This document shows, in pieces, positions 9,613 through 18,822 of a stretch of DNA of 64,000 nt; position 1 is the first letter of the stretch; each line of letters begins with the position of its first letter. The stretch comes from Candidatus Cloacimonadales bacterium (GTDB lineage Bacteria > Cloacimonadota > Cloacimonadia > Cloacimonadales > JAFGVF01). Position numbers and translations under genes: made by a program. The DNA lies in assembly GCA_963667035.1 (NCBI GenBank), contig OY762964.1, positions 992,001-1,056,000 of the forward strand, in the 5' to 3' direction. The notes below the pieces were generated by a model. The model saw only the letters and a list, made by a program, of their open reading frames with translations, made no database searches and was not told where the DNA came from.

Positions 9613-12330
9613 ATGATGAAGAAAACCCTGAATCTTTTTTTGTTATTAATCATTAGCGTTTCATCTATGTGGGCTTACATGACCAGATATGAAACGGTCC
9701 TGACTCAACCTGACGGTAGTAAGTTTAGTGCTGTTATTGAAGGTGACGAATACTTTCGAGTTGTGTCGGATAAGGATAACTATACCCTGATGGTAGACCC
9801 TAAGACAGGATACTGGATGTATGCGGTTAAAGGAAACAACGGTTTAGAACCGGGAATGTACAGACAGGGAACTGTCAATCCTGCGTCAATAGGCTTGGAC
9901 CCCGGATTAACATATTCTTCCGGCCAGATTAATAAAAGAGTGGAGGAGATGAAAGAGTTATTCTCCGCTAATAGCATAAATAGAACTCCCAATACGGGAA
10001 CATTCAATAACCTTGTTGTGTTTATTCGTTTCGCAGGTGAGAGTGAATTCGGACAGAACATTAGTACTTATACAAATATGATTAGCGATACAACACCCGG
10101 AGCTAACTCCATGGTGAACTACTTTGAAGAAGTGTCCTATAATCAATTAACCATAGACTCTCATTACTATCCACCGACATCAAACAACATGGTTGTTTCT
10201 TATCAGGATAGCTATGCAAGAAACTACTTTCAACCGTACAGTGGTTCTAATCCAAGCGGATACAGCGGAGATGACGAGAGAAAAGATAGAGAATTTGCTT
10301 TATTGGATAGAGCAATAGACTATGTAGATGCCTATATCCCTTCATCATTGAATATTGATGCTGATAATGACGGTTATGTTGATAATGTAGTATTCATAGT
10401 GAAAGGTGATACCGACGGTTGGTCTGATTTACTATGGCCTCATCGTTGGGTTCTTTATGATAGAAACGTGTATCTGAACGGTGATAGAGTTTGGGATTTC
10501 AATTTCCAGTTGCAATCGCATCTTGTCAGTAGCGGAACAGGCGTTATGTGTCATGAAATGTTCCATTCATTAGGTGCACCCGATTTATATCATTATAACT
10601 ATGACGGTTTGACGACTGCCGGAGAATGGGATGTTATGGAGAATTCTACCAATCCTCCTCAACACATGCTAATGTACATGAAATACAGATATGGATTGTG
10701 GCTAAACAGTATACCTGAGATAACTTCAAGCGGGACATACTCGTTAAACCCGACAACTAACAATACAAACAATTGCTATAAAATAGCTTCGAATGATCCT
10801 GACGAGTACTTTGTTATTGAGTATAGAAGAATGACCGGAACCTTTGAATCAAGTCTACCCGGAGAAGGGTTAATAGCTTATAGAATAAACACGACTCTTG
10901 ATGGAGAAGGAAATGCAGACGGACCACCGGACGAGCTTTATGTGTATAGACCGGGAGGTAGCCTCACTCAAAGCGGTAGCATTAGTCAGGCAGTATTTAA
11001 TCCTGCTTACGGAAGAACCGAGTTAACAGATTATACAGACCCTAATGGATTTCTTTCCGATGGTTCATTAGGTGGGCTGTTCGTTACGAATATCGGTACT
11101 GCAGGAACAACAATCTCTTTTACAGTTAATATTGGAGGTGCAGGTGATCCTGATATTGCTGTGACTCCTTCATCTTATTCGATTAGCTTACCCCCTGAGA
11201 CAACAGCAAACAGAAGTTTGAGAATAAGTAACAATGGCACAGCTCCTTTAAACTATTCCCTTAACTTACAGAATGTAACAAGAGATACAGGTGGTCCCAC
11301 TGCAAGCGGATACTATTGGATTGATAGTTCTGAAGCAAATGGTCCTGATTATATATGGGAAGATATCTCTTCTGTTGGAACCGAGATTAATTATAACTCT
11401 GATGATCAGCTATCCGCTTCGCTTAACCTAGGTTTCACATTCCCGTTTTACGATAACAACTATACTTCTCTTGCCGTATGTAGTAATGGTTTCTTGAGTT
11501 TTTCAGGTTCGGATACGCAATGGGATAATATGGATATTCCCAATAGTATTACACCAAACAACTTCATTGCACCTTTCTGGGATGATTTAAGTCCTCAAAA
11601 CAGTGGCTCCGTTTACTATTACAGCGATGTGGCTAATCAACGCTTTATTGTGCAATTCACTGATGCACCTCACTATAGTACTGTTAGCGGTACTTATACT
11701 TTCCAAGTTCAGTTGTATTCTACCGGTGAGATATACTATTATTACAATAATATGCGAAATACTATAAATAGTGCTACAATAGGTATTGAGAACAATGACG
11801 GTTCGGAAGGATTAAAAATAGCTTATAATGAGAACTATGTTTCTAACGGTAAAGCAGTATTAATAAACAATGTTAACTTTATACAGGATGATGTTGATTG
11901 GGCGGATGCAACACCTATGAACGGAACGGTTAATCCTGGTGCTTATACCGACGTTGCTTTAAATATTGATACAACAGGATTGATTGCGAATAATGATTAT
12001 ACAGCTAATGTAGTTGTTAATTCCAATGATAATGACCTGCCGTCTATCAGTATCCCATTATATTTATCGGTAATCGGGGCACTTGATGCTCCTGAAAATG
12101 CTACTGCTTCTGTAGTTAACGGAAGATTAGAGATAAAGTGGACTCCTGTAACGGGTGCAAGTTCTTATAATATCTATATGCAGAATCCAAGTAACGGGAT
12201 TTACTATAATAGAAACAGTTACGGGACATTCGGCACATCCGGAAGTTATATTACTTGGACAACTACTTTTGAATTGGATAGTTTATCATGGCCAAGAGCT
12301 TTCTTTTATATTAAAGCTGTTGCAGAATAA
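9613..12330 (+). CDS. Secreted M6-family (immune inhibitor A-like) metalloprotease
   Basis: Signal peptide; QPDG...GDEY propeptide; HEMFHSLGAPDLY zinc motif; WDVM Met-turn; IAPFWDDL domain; C-terminal beta-sandwich. Confidence 0.88.
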   Translation: MMKKTLNLFLLLIISVSSMWAYMTRYETVLTQPDGSKFSAVIEGDEYFRVVSDKDNYTLMVDPKTGYWMYAVKGNNGLEPGMYRQGTVNPASIGLDPGLTYSSGQINKRVEEMKELFSANSINRTPNTGTFNNLVVFIRFAGESEFGQNISTYTNMISDTTPGANSMVNYFEEVSYNQLTIDSHYYPPTSNNMVVSYQDSYARNYFQPYSGSNPSGYSGDDERKDREFALLDRAIDYVDAYIPSSLNIDADNDGYVDNVVFIVKGDTDGWSDLLWPHRWVLYDRNVYLNGDRVWDFNFQLQSHLVSSGTGVMCHEMFHSLGAPDLYHYNYDGLTTAGEWDVMENSTNPPQHMLMYMKYRYGLWLNSIPEITSSGTYSLNPTTNNTNNCYKIASNDPDEYFVIEYRRMTGTFESSLPGEGLIAYRINTTLDGEGNADGPPDELYVYRPGGSLTQSGSISQAVFNPAYGRTELTDYTDPNGFLSDGSLGGLFVTNIGTAGTTISFTVNIGGAGDPDIAVTPSSYSISLPPETTANRSLRISNNGTAPLNYSLNLQNVTRDTGGPTASGYYWIDSSEANGPDYIWEDISSVGTEINYNSDDQLSASLNLGFTFPFYDNNYTSLAVCSNGFLSFSGSDTQWDNMDIPNSITPNNFIAPFWDDLSPQNSGSVYYYSDVANQRFIVQFTDAPHYSTVSGTYTFQVQLYSTGEIYYYYNNMRNTINSATIGIENNDGSEGLKIAYNENYVSNGKAVLINNVNFIQDDVDWADATPMNGTVNPGAYTDVALNIDTTGLIANNDYTANVVVNSNDNDLPSISIPLYLSVIGALDAPENATASVVNGRLEIKWTPVTGASSYNIYMQNPSNGIYYNRNSYGTFGTSGSYITWTTTFELDSLSWPRAFFYIKAVAE

Positions 12331-12353
12331 TTAATCGTATATAAAACAATAAA

Positions 12354-12390
12354 AGATAAGCTTTCGCAATGCGGAAGCTTATCTGCTTTT
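12354..12390 (+). terminator. Rho-independent terminator
   Basis: AGATAAGCTTTCGC-aat-GCGGAAGCTTATCT hairpin followed by GCTTTT. Confidence 0.75.
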
Positions 12391-12482
12391 ACAACTAGTA
12401 TCAATGACCGGACCAAATAGTTAGCAATCACAAAGAATAAATTGATTGACAATTTAGCTTATTCTCATAATTTCACATTAAA

Positions 12483-12514
12483 CCTTTAATCGAGTCCAGA
12501 GAGGCTGAAAGGAG
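12483..12514 (+). promoter_or_regulatory. PyrR-binding loop (pyr mRNA leader)
   Basis: CCTTTAA..AGTCCAGAGAGGCT..AAAGG matches the ARUCCNGNGAGGYU PyrR consensus, directly upstream of pyrB. Confidence 0.88.
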
Positions 12515-12520
12515 ATAAAT

Positions 12521-12625
12521 ATGAAACTAACTTTAATAATGCTAAATAAGCATAAATCCCCCAATTCTTTAAACACCATTACTATACCCAATCATTTAAG
12601 GAGTATTTCATGCAAAGCAATTTAA
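12521..12625 (+). CDS. Putative 34-aa leader ORF overlapping the pyrB start
   Basis: AAAGGAG 6 nt upstream of the ATG; open frame MKLTLIMLNKHKSPNSLNTITIPNHLRSISCKAI*. Confidence 0.4.
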   Translation: MKLTLIMLNKHKSPNSLNTITIPNHLRSISCKAI

Positions 12626-13548
12626 ACTTCCTGGGACGATGTATGTATGATCTCGATGACTATTCGGCAGAAGAGATTATTCATATTCTTGAAGCATCCA
12701 AGATTATGAAGGAAATCAATCAGAGGGAATACAAGAAAGTTCCAACTCTGAGAGGTAAAACTGTTTGTACTCTATTCTTTGAAAACAGTACAAGAACACT
12801 TATGTCTTTTGAGCTTGCTGCCAGTCGTTTAAGTGCTGATTTAGTCAGTTTCAATTCAAGTACTTCATCTTTAGCAAAAGGTGAAAGCTTACAAGACACT
12901 GTTTATACTCTTGATGCAATGGGTATTGACTGCTATATAATTCGTCACAGTTATCCCGGAAGTCCGCAGTTAGTGCATAAATACTCACAGAAACCTGTAT
13001 TAAACGGGGGAGACGGACGTCATGCTCACCCGACTCAAGCATTGCTTGATATGTTCTCAATATATGAGAAGAGAGGCTCTCTGGATGGTATGAAGATTGC
13101 TATTGTAGGTGATATTGCTCACAGTAGAGTTGTTCGTTCTAATCTTATCGGAATGAAGAAGCTTGGAGCTGAAGTTACTATTTGCGGTCCAAGAACTCTT
13201 ATGCCTGGTAAAATGGAAGAAGTTTACGGATGTAAAGTAAGCTATAATCTTGAAGAAGCACTCAAGGATGCTGATGTTGTTATGGGACTTAGAATGCAAC
13301 TTGAAAGACAAGCTGAAGGTTTATTCCCTAATCTTGAAGAGTATACAAAGCACTATGTACTTTCAAAAGAGACTTTGAAATTTGCCAAGAAAGACGCTTT
13401 AATAATGCACCCAGGTCCAATGAATAGAGGTGTTGAAATTTTACCTGAAATAGCAGACAGTGATCGTTCATTAGTGTTACAACAAGTTGCCAATGGTGTT
13501 GCCGTGAGAATGGCATTGTTGTATCTCATGCTCGGTGGAAAGATGTAG
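12610..13548 (+). CDS. pyrB: Aspartate carbamoyltransferase catalytic subunit
   Basis: FFENSTRT, HPTQALLD, MHPGPMNRG motifs. Confidence 0.96.
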   Translation: MQSNLNFLGRCMYDLDDYSAEEIIHILEASKIMKEINQREYKKVPTLRGKTVCTLFFENSTRTLMSFELAASRLSADLVSFNSSTSSLAKGESLQDTVYTLDAMGIDCYIIRHSYPGSPQLVHKYSQKPVLNGGDGRHAHPTQALLDMFSIYEKRGSLDGMKIAIVGDIAHSRVVRSNLIGMKKLGAEVTICGPRTLMPGKMEEVYGCKVSYNLEEALKDADVVMGLRMQLERQAEGLFPNLEEYTKHYVLSKETLKFAKKDALIMHPGPMNRGVEILPEIADSDRSLVLQQVANGVAVRMALLYLMLGGKM

Positions 13549-13557
13549 GAGGAAACC

Positions 13558-14838
13558 ATGAAGATATTGATTCAAAACGGAAAGATTTATCAAAACGGAA
13601 CTTTCGAAAGAAAAGATATATTGATTACGGATGATAGAATAGAAAGAATAGATACAGCTATTATTGCTGCTGATGCGGATAAAGTAATTGATGCTGAAGG
13701 ACAGGTCGTTCTTCCGGGTTTCATAGACTTGCATGCACACTTAAGAGATCCGGGTCAGGTTTATAAAGAGGATATAGTAACAGGTACCAGAGCTGCTGCC
13801 AAAGGCGGGTTCACAACTGTTTGTGCTATGCCTAATACAGAGCCTGTTGTTGATAGTGTTGCAAGTGTTGAATACATAAGTAGAAAAGCTGCTGAGCTTG
13901 GTTTTGCCAGAGTTAAAGTTATAGGTGCAATGACCAAGAAATCCGAAGGTAAAGAAATTGCTTTAATGTCTACTATGAAAGATGGTGGGATTGTTGCAGT
14001 TAGCGATGATGGGAAATGCGTTCAAAATGCAAAGTTAATGCAGAACTGTATGAAATATGCAGTTAATTATGAGCTCCCGGTAATTATTCATCCTGAAGAT
14101 TATAATCTTGCAGGAAAGGGACAAATCAACGGTGGACGCTACTCAACTCAGTTAGGACTTGGAGCAATACCGGGTTTAGCAGAAGATATTATTGTTTCAA
14201 GAGACATAATGTTAGCTCGTAGTACAGGTTGTCACTTACATGTGGCTCACGTTTCAACTGCCAGAAGTATTCAGATGATAAGAGAAGCAAAAGCTGAAGG
14301 ATTAAATGTTACAACAGAAGTTACTCCTCATCATTTGACTCTAACCGATGCAAGCCTTACATCTTTTGACACTAACTACAAATGCAAACCTCCTCTAAGA
14401 GGCGAGCAGGACAGAATGGCATGCATCGAAGGTTTGATTGACGGTACAATTGATTGTATTGCTACAGACCATGCTCCTCATGCAGACTACGAAAAAGAAC
14501 GTGAATTTAATCTTGCTCCATTCGGTATAAACGGCTTTGAAGCAGCTTTCGGCTCTATGTATACCGAGTTAGTACTCAACAATATATTACCGATTAATGT
14601 GATTATAGATGCTCTAACCAGCAAACCTGCAAAATTCCTGAAACTTAATTCGGGGGAATTGAAAGAAGGACTTCTGGCGGATGTTACCGTTATTGATTTA
14701 GACCGTGAGTTTACACTTACCGTTGATAACATGCAATCAAAATCAGCCAATACACCATATTTGAATATACCGCTAAAGGGGACGGTTACTCATACAATAT
14801 GTGGTGGCAAGTTAACCTGGGAATTAGAGAATGTATAA
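13558..14838 (+). CDS. pyrC: Dihydroorotase
   Basis: PGFIDLHAHLRDPG, GGFTTVCAMPNT, ATDHAPH; pyr operon context. Confidence 0.95.
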   Translation: MKILIQNGKIYQNGTFERKDILITDDRIERIDTAIIAADADKVIDAEGQVVLPGFIDLHAHLRDPGQVYKEDIVTGTRAAAKGGFTTVCAMPNTEPVVDSVASVEYISRKAAELGFARVKVIGAMTKKSEGKEIALMSTMKDGGIVAVSDDGKCVQNAKLMQNCMKYAVNYELPVIIHPEDYNLAGKGQINGGRYSTQLGLGAIPGLAEDIIVSRDIMLARSTGCHLHVAHVSTARSIQMIREAKAEGLNVTTEVTPHHLTLTDASLTSFDTNYKCKPPLRGEQDRMACIEGLIDGTIDCIATDHAPHADYEKEREFNLAPFGINGFEAAFGSMYTELVLNNILPINVIIDALTSKPAKFLKLNSGELKEGLLADVTVIDLDREFTLTVDNMQSKSANTPYLNIPLKGTVTHTICGGKLTWELENV

Positions 14839-15586
14839 AACAAGTAGAATAACCAACTACCGAGAAATGGGAGTTGATTACTTCGTACTGACAATTAGCG
14901 AAACTGACCTGGCACAGAAGTCTGTTGCCGGTCAGTTTTATAATCTTGGTTACTCTAGTGGCGAGATACCAAGACTTAAAAAGCCTATCAGTATCTATGA
15001 CATTAATGGAGATGAAATCTCCTTCATGATAAAGAGAATTGGCAAAGGGACTAGTGAATTATCTAAGCTGAGACCAGGTGATGAGATAAAGATCTTGGGT
15101 CCATTAGGTAACGGATTCCCTCTTTTAAAAGATAAAAAAGTTCTTCTCATCAGTGGAGGTGTAGGTTATCCTCCCATGGTGCATCTTAAAAAAGAGTTAA
15201 AAGACTGTGTAGCAATTCATTTGCATGGCGGAAGAACAAAAACCGATATCTTTCCCTGTGATATTGCCTATACTGAAGACGGTAGTTTCGGTAAAAAGGG
15301 ATTTGTTACTAAAGACCTTGATTTCATAATCAGAGAGAATGAGATAGACCTTATCTATACTTGCGGTCCTGATGTAATGATGAAAGCAGTAGGAAAAATT
15401 GCAAAGGACAACGGAATAGAATGCTATCTGTCTTTAGAAGAGTATATGGCTTGCGGGATAGGAGCGTGTTACGGTTGTGCAGTAAGAATTAAGGCCGATA
15501 ACTCGGATGGTTTTGTGAACAAACGTGTCTGTAAGGACGGTCCTGTGTTTGAAATAAATGAACTTTGGATGGCGGAAGATGAATAG
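14831..15586 (+). CDS. pyrK: Dihydroorotate dehydrogenase electron transfer subunit
   Basis: GPLGNGF, GGVGYPP, MACGIGACYGC...VCKDGPVF 2Fe-2S motif. Confidence 0.93.
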   Translation: MYKTSRITNYREMGVDYFVLTISETDLAQKSVAGQFYNLGYSSGEIPRLKKPISIYDINGDEISFMIKRIGKGTSELSKLRPGDEIKILGPLGNGFPLLKDKKVLLISGGVGYPPMVHLKKELKDCVAIHLHGGRTKTDIFPCDIAYTEDGSFGKKGFVTKDLDFIIRENEIDLIYTCGPDVMMKAVGKIAKDNGIECYLSLEEYMACGIGACYGCAVRIKADNSDGFVNKRVCKDGPVFEINELWMAEDE

Positions 15587-16484
15587 ATTAGAAACAAGAT
15601 TGGGAAGACTTAAACTAAAGAATCCCGTGACCGTAGCATCCGGTACATTTAGCTATGATTATTCTGAATATGTTGATTTCAATAAACTTGGGGCATTAGT
15701 AACAAAAACTATAACCAAAGCTCCAAGAGCAGGAAATCCTACTCCTCGTTTATATGAAACTGAAGCGGGACTTCTGAATTCGATAGGTCTACAGAATCCC
15801 GGACTAGAGACATTCATCAGTAACGAATTACCAAAGTATAATACTTGGGATTCTCCGCTGCTAGTTAGTCTATCCGGTTCCAGTATTGATGAGTTCTGTG
15901 AAATTGTCCAAAGAATGGAAGATGAAAAATGTGAAGGCTATGAAATCAATGTTTCATGTCCGAATGTAAAGAATGAAGGAATTGCTTTTGGAGTAGATCC
16001 TATTATTGTTTCTGAACTTACCTCTAAACTAAGAAAAATAACCGAGAGAGAGCTTATTATCAAATTGTCACCTAATGTTACCGACATAGTGTCTGTCGCT
16101 AGAGCAGCAAGAGAAGCAGGTGCTGACAGCTTGGCGTTAATAAATACTTTACTTGGAATGGCTATAGATTGGAAAACAGGTAGGAGCAGAATTGCCAAAG
16201 GTGTTTGTGGATATAGCGGTATTGCTATTAAACCTGTTGCCCTAAGCAATGTTTACAGAGTTGCAAAAGCGGTTGATATCCCGATTCTAGCAATGGGTGG
16301 TATCTCAACTTATGAGGATGCCATTGAATTTTTCTATGCGGGAGCAAGTGCTGTTGCAGTGGGAACTGAGAACTTTATGAATCCTAAAGCAACCGTCGAT
16401 TTGATAGAAAACCTTGACAGACATTTAACTAAAAGCAATAAGTTGCTTCATGAAATTATTGGTAAGATATCCGGTATTGTTTAA
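15579..16484 (+). CDS. pyrD: Dihydroorotate dehydrogenase B catalytic subunit
   Basis: ASGTF, GNPTPR, NVSCPN, KLSPNVTD motifs; ATG at 15579 overlaps the pyrK end. Confidence 0.94.
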   Translation: MNRLETRLGRLKLKNPVTVASGTFSYDYSEYVDFNKLGALVTKTITKAPRAGNPTPRLYETEAGLLNSIGLQNPGLETFISNELPKYNTWDSPLLVSLSGSSIDEFCEIVQRMEDEKCEGYEINVSCPNVKNEGIAFGVDPIIVSELTSKLRKITERELIIKLSPNVTDIVSVARAAREAGADSLALINTLLGMAIDWKTGRSRIAKGVCGYSGIAIKPVALSNVYRVAKAVDIPILAMGGISTYEDAIEFFYAGASAVAVGTENFMNPKATVDLIENLDRHLTKSNKLLHEIIGKISGIV

Positions 16485-17235
16485 AGTAACAAATATATTG
16501 ATTAAATACAGATTAGGGTTAGTAATAACCCTAATTTTACTTTGTAACAACTTGATTGTTGTAGCAAAGACTCTACCCGATTTTAGTCAGTTCCCGATTG
16601 GAGAAGCAAGAAAAACAGCCTTTTACAATTTCTTCAGACCTATTATTAAAGATGAGAATGCAAAGATACTGAAAGAACGTGATTTCATGCTTTCCTTTAA
16701 ATTCAAGTATGATAATGGAATTGAGATTCCTGAAGAAGATATCAAGATATTTCATGATTTAGCTAAGAAATATAAACTAGATTCTGATAATTTTGAGAAA
16801 GAGTATTTCTGGGATAGAGTTAACAGAAGAGTTGACCATATTCCTTTTGAAATTGCAATGGCCCAAGCTGCGGTTGAGTCAGGATGGGGAACATCAGGCT
16901 TTGCAATTCAAGCTAACAATATATTTGGAGTTTGGACTTATGAGCAAGGTACCGGTATTGTTCCCAAAGAGAGAATACAGGGAGCAACACACGAGATTAG
17001 AATTTATGATAATGTGGAATCCTCAATTGCAAGCTATATGCTGAATCTTAATACGAATAAAGCTTATCGTAGATTTAGGGATATCAGATGGGAATTAAGG
17101 CTTGAGGGTGTTGCTATGGAGCCGATTCTTATGTGCGAGGGACTTAAATATTACTCCCAAAGACGAATGGAATATGTGAATCTGCTCCAGAAGATGATAA
17201 GAAGTGATAGAGATATCATGGTGGGTGAAGATTAA
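16450..17235 (+). CDS. Glucosaminidase-domain (Bax-like) protein
   Basis: AQAAVESGWGTS, NNIFG, YMLNLNT..AY motifs; N-terminal hydrophobic segment; start uncertain. Confidence 0.8.
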   Translation: MKLLVRYPVLFKVTNILIKYRLGLVITLILLCNNLIVVAKTLPDFSQFPIGEARKTAFYNFFRPIIKDENAKILKERDFMLSFKFKYDNGIEIPEEDIKIFHDLAKKYKLDSDNFEKEYFWDRVNRRVDHIPFEIAMAQAAVESGWGTSGFAIQANNIFGVWTYEQGTGIVPKERIQGATHEIRIYDNVESSIASYMLNLNTNKAYRRFRDIRWELRLEGVAMEPILMCEGLKYYSQRRMEYVNLLQKMIRSDRDIMVGED

Positions 17236-17272
17236 CCCAAAGAATTAATAAATAATAAAAGAAGATAAATTT

Positions 17273-18238
17273 ATGGAGATTATAAAAGCTTTAAAAGCTG
17301 AAATGAAATTGGAAGCAGAGGCAATAATAAAGGCTTCCGAGCTAATAGATGAACAATCAAAAAAGGCATTCGAGTTAATTCGAGATTGTAAAAATAAAGT
17401 TGTTGTTACCGGAATGGGGAAGACCGGTTTGATTGGTAGAAAAGTTGCTGCTACTCTTGCAAGCACAGGAACAACCTCAATCTTTCTGCATGCAGCTGAA
17501 GGTATACATGGAGATTTGGGAATGTTAGCCGAAGGCGATGTAGTAATTGCGATATCATATTCAGGTAATACGAAAGAAGTTCTTGATCTTATCCCATATT
17601 TAAAGTTTTTAAAATTACCAATAATAGCTATAACAGGAAAACCAGAGTCACAATTAGCCACCTCTGCAGACGCTGTAATTAATGGATATGTTCCTTCAGA
17701 ATATGAACCGCTAGGACTCGTTCCCACATCTTCAACAACAGTTGCTCTTGCTATATGTGATGCTTTGGCAATAGCACTTCTTAGAGCCAGAAAATTTGAG
17801 GAAAAAGACTATGCTTTGTTTCATCCGGGTGGAACTATCGGAAAGAAGTTACTCTTAAGGGTTAGAGACTTAATGCACAAGGATGCAGACCTTCCTAAAG
17901 TGAGTGAATCAACAAAGCTTTTTGAAGCAATCTCGATTATAACAGAGAAGAAACTTGGATGTACTACAGTTATTGCAGATAAAAAGATGATTGGTATTAT
18001 TACTGACGGTGATTTAAGACGCATTATGCAGAAGAGAAGAGGTGAGCTTCTTGAACTTCCGGTTACAGAAGTAATGACAAAGAATCCTATATCGGTTAGT
18101 CAGGAGATGCTTGCCGTTGAGGCAATCAATATTATGGAAGAGCACAATATCACTATGTTGCCTGTAACAGATGAGGATAATCATCCTATTGGACTCCTAC
18201 ACATGCATGACCTTATTAAAGCCGGAGTTGTAGGCTAA
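17273..18238 (+). CDS. kdsD: KpsF/GutQ arabinose-5-phosphate isomerase (SIS + CBS)
   Basis: VVTGMGKTG, HGDLG, FHPGG motifs plus a CBS pair. Confidence 0.92.
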   Translation: MEIIKALKAEMKLEAEAIIKASELIDEQSKKAFELIRDCKNKVVVTGMGKTGLIGRKVAATLASTGTTSIFLHAAEGIHGDLGMLAEGDVVIAISYSGNTKEVLDLIPYLKFLKLPIIAITGKPESQLATSADAVINGYVPSEYEPLGLVPTSSTTVALAICDALAIALLRARKFEEKDYALFHPGGTIGKKLLLRVRDLMHKDADLPKVSESTKLFEAISIITEKKLGCTTVIADKKMIGIITDGDLRRIMQKRRGELLELPVTEVMTKNPISVSQEMLAVEAINIMEEHNITMLPVTDEDNHPIGLLHMHDLIKAGVVG

Positions 18239-18249
18239 GATAGATTTCA

Positions 18250-18687
18250 ATGAGATTGGTTGTTCAAAGAGTCAGCGAAGCATCCGTAAGAATCAATGGT
18301 GAACTCATTTCTTCAATTAACAGAGGTTTATTGGTTTTATGTGGGGTAGGCAAAAATGATGGTAAAGAGGCACTGACTTGGCTTGCTAATAAACTAGTGA
18401 ACCTGAGGATTTTTGAGGATGATAACGGCAAGATGAATAAATCACTACTTGATATATCCGGTGAAATCATTATTGTTTCTCAGTTTACTCTCTATGCTGA
18501 TTGTTCAAGAGGTAGAAGACCGGATTTTCTTGATTCCGCAAAACCTGAAATTGCTGAGAAATTATACGATAGATTCTGTGAAGAGGTCAGTTTCTTTGGT
18601 GTTAATGTTAAAAAGGGAATCTTCGGAGCGGATATGAAGGTTAGTTTACTCAATGACGGACCTGTTACTATCATCTTGGAAAGGTAA
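18250..18687 (+). CDS. dtd: D-aminoacyl-tRNA deacylase
   Basis: MRLVVQRV, SQFTL, NDGPVT. Confidence 0.96.
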   Translation: MRLVVQRVSEASVRINGELISSINRGLLVLCGVGKNDGKEALTWLANKLVNLRIFEDDNGKMNKSLLDISGEIIIVSQFTLYADCSRGRRPDFLDSAKPEIAEKLYDRFCEEVSFFGVNVKKGIFGADMKVSLLNDGPVTIILER

Positions 18688-18822
18688 AACTCTCAGTAAA
18701 ACCTTATTAATACTCATTTAATATACGAAAATAGTAGACAACTTAGCTATTTTGATGTCTTTTGAGCTAAAATTAAAAATAGCGGAGTATATGCCATCAA
18801 AAAGGTAATACTATTATCTATA

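Noticed and set aside
17245..17727. 160-aa antisense ORF, and the many similar shadow ORFs over PFOR, gcvP, cas and hyf-like genes
   Set aside because: Opposite-strand or off-frame shadows of well-supported genes, with no motifs
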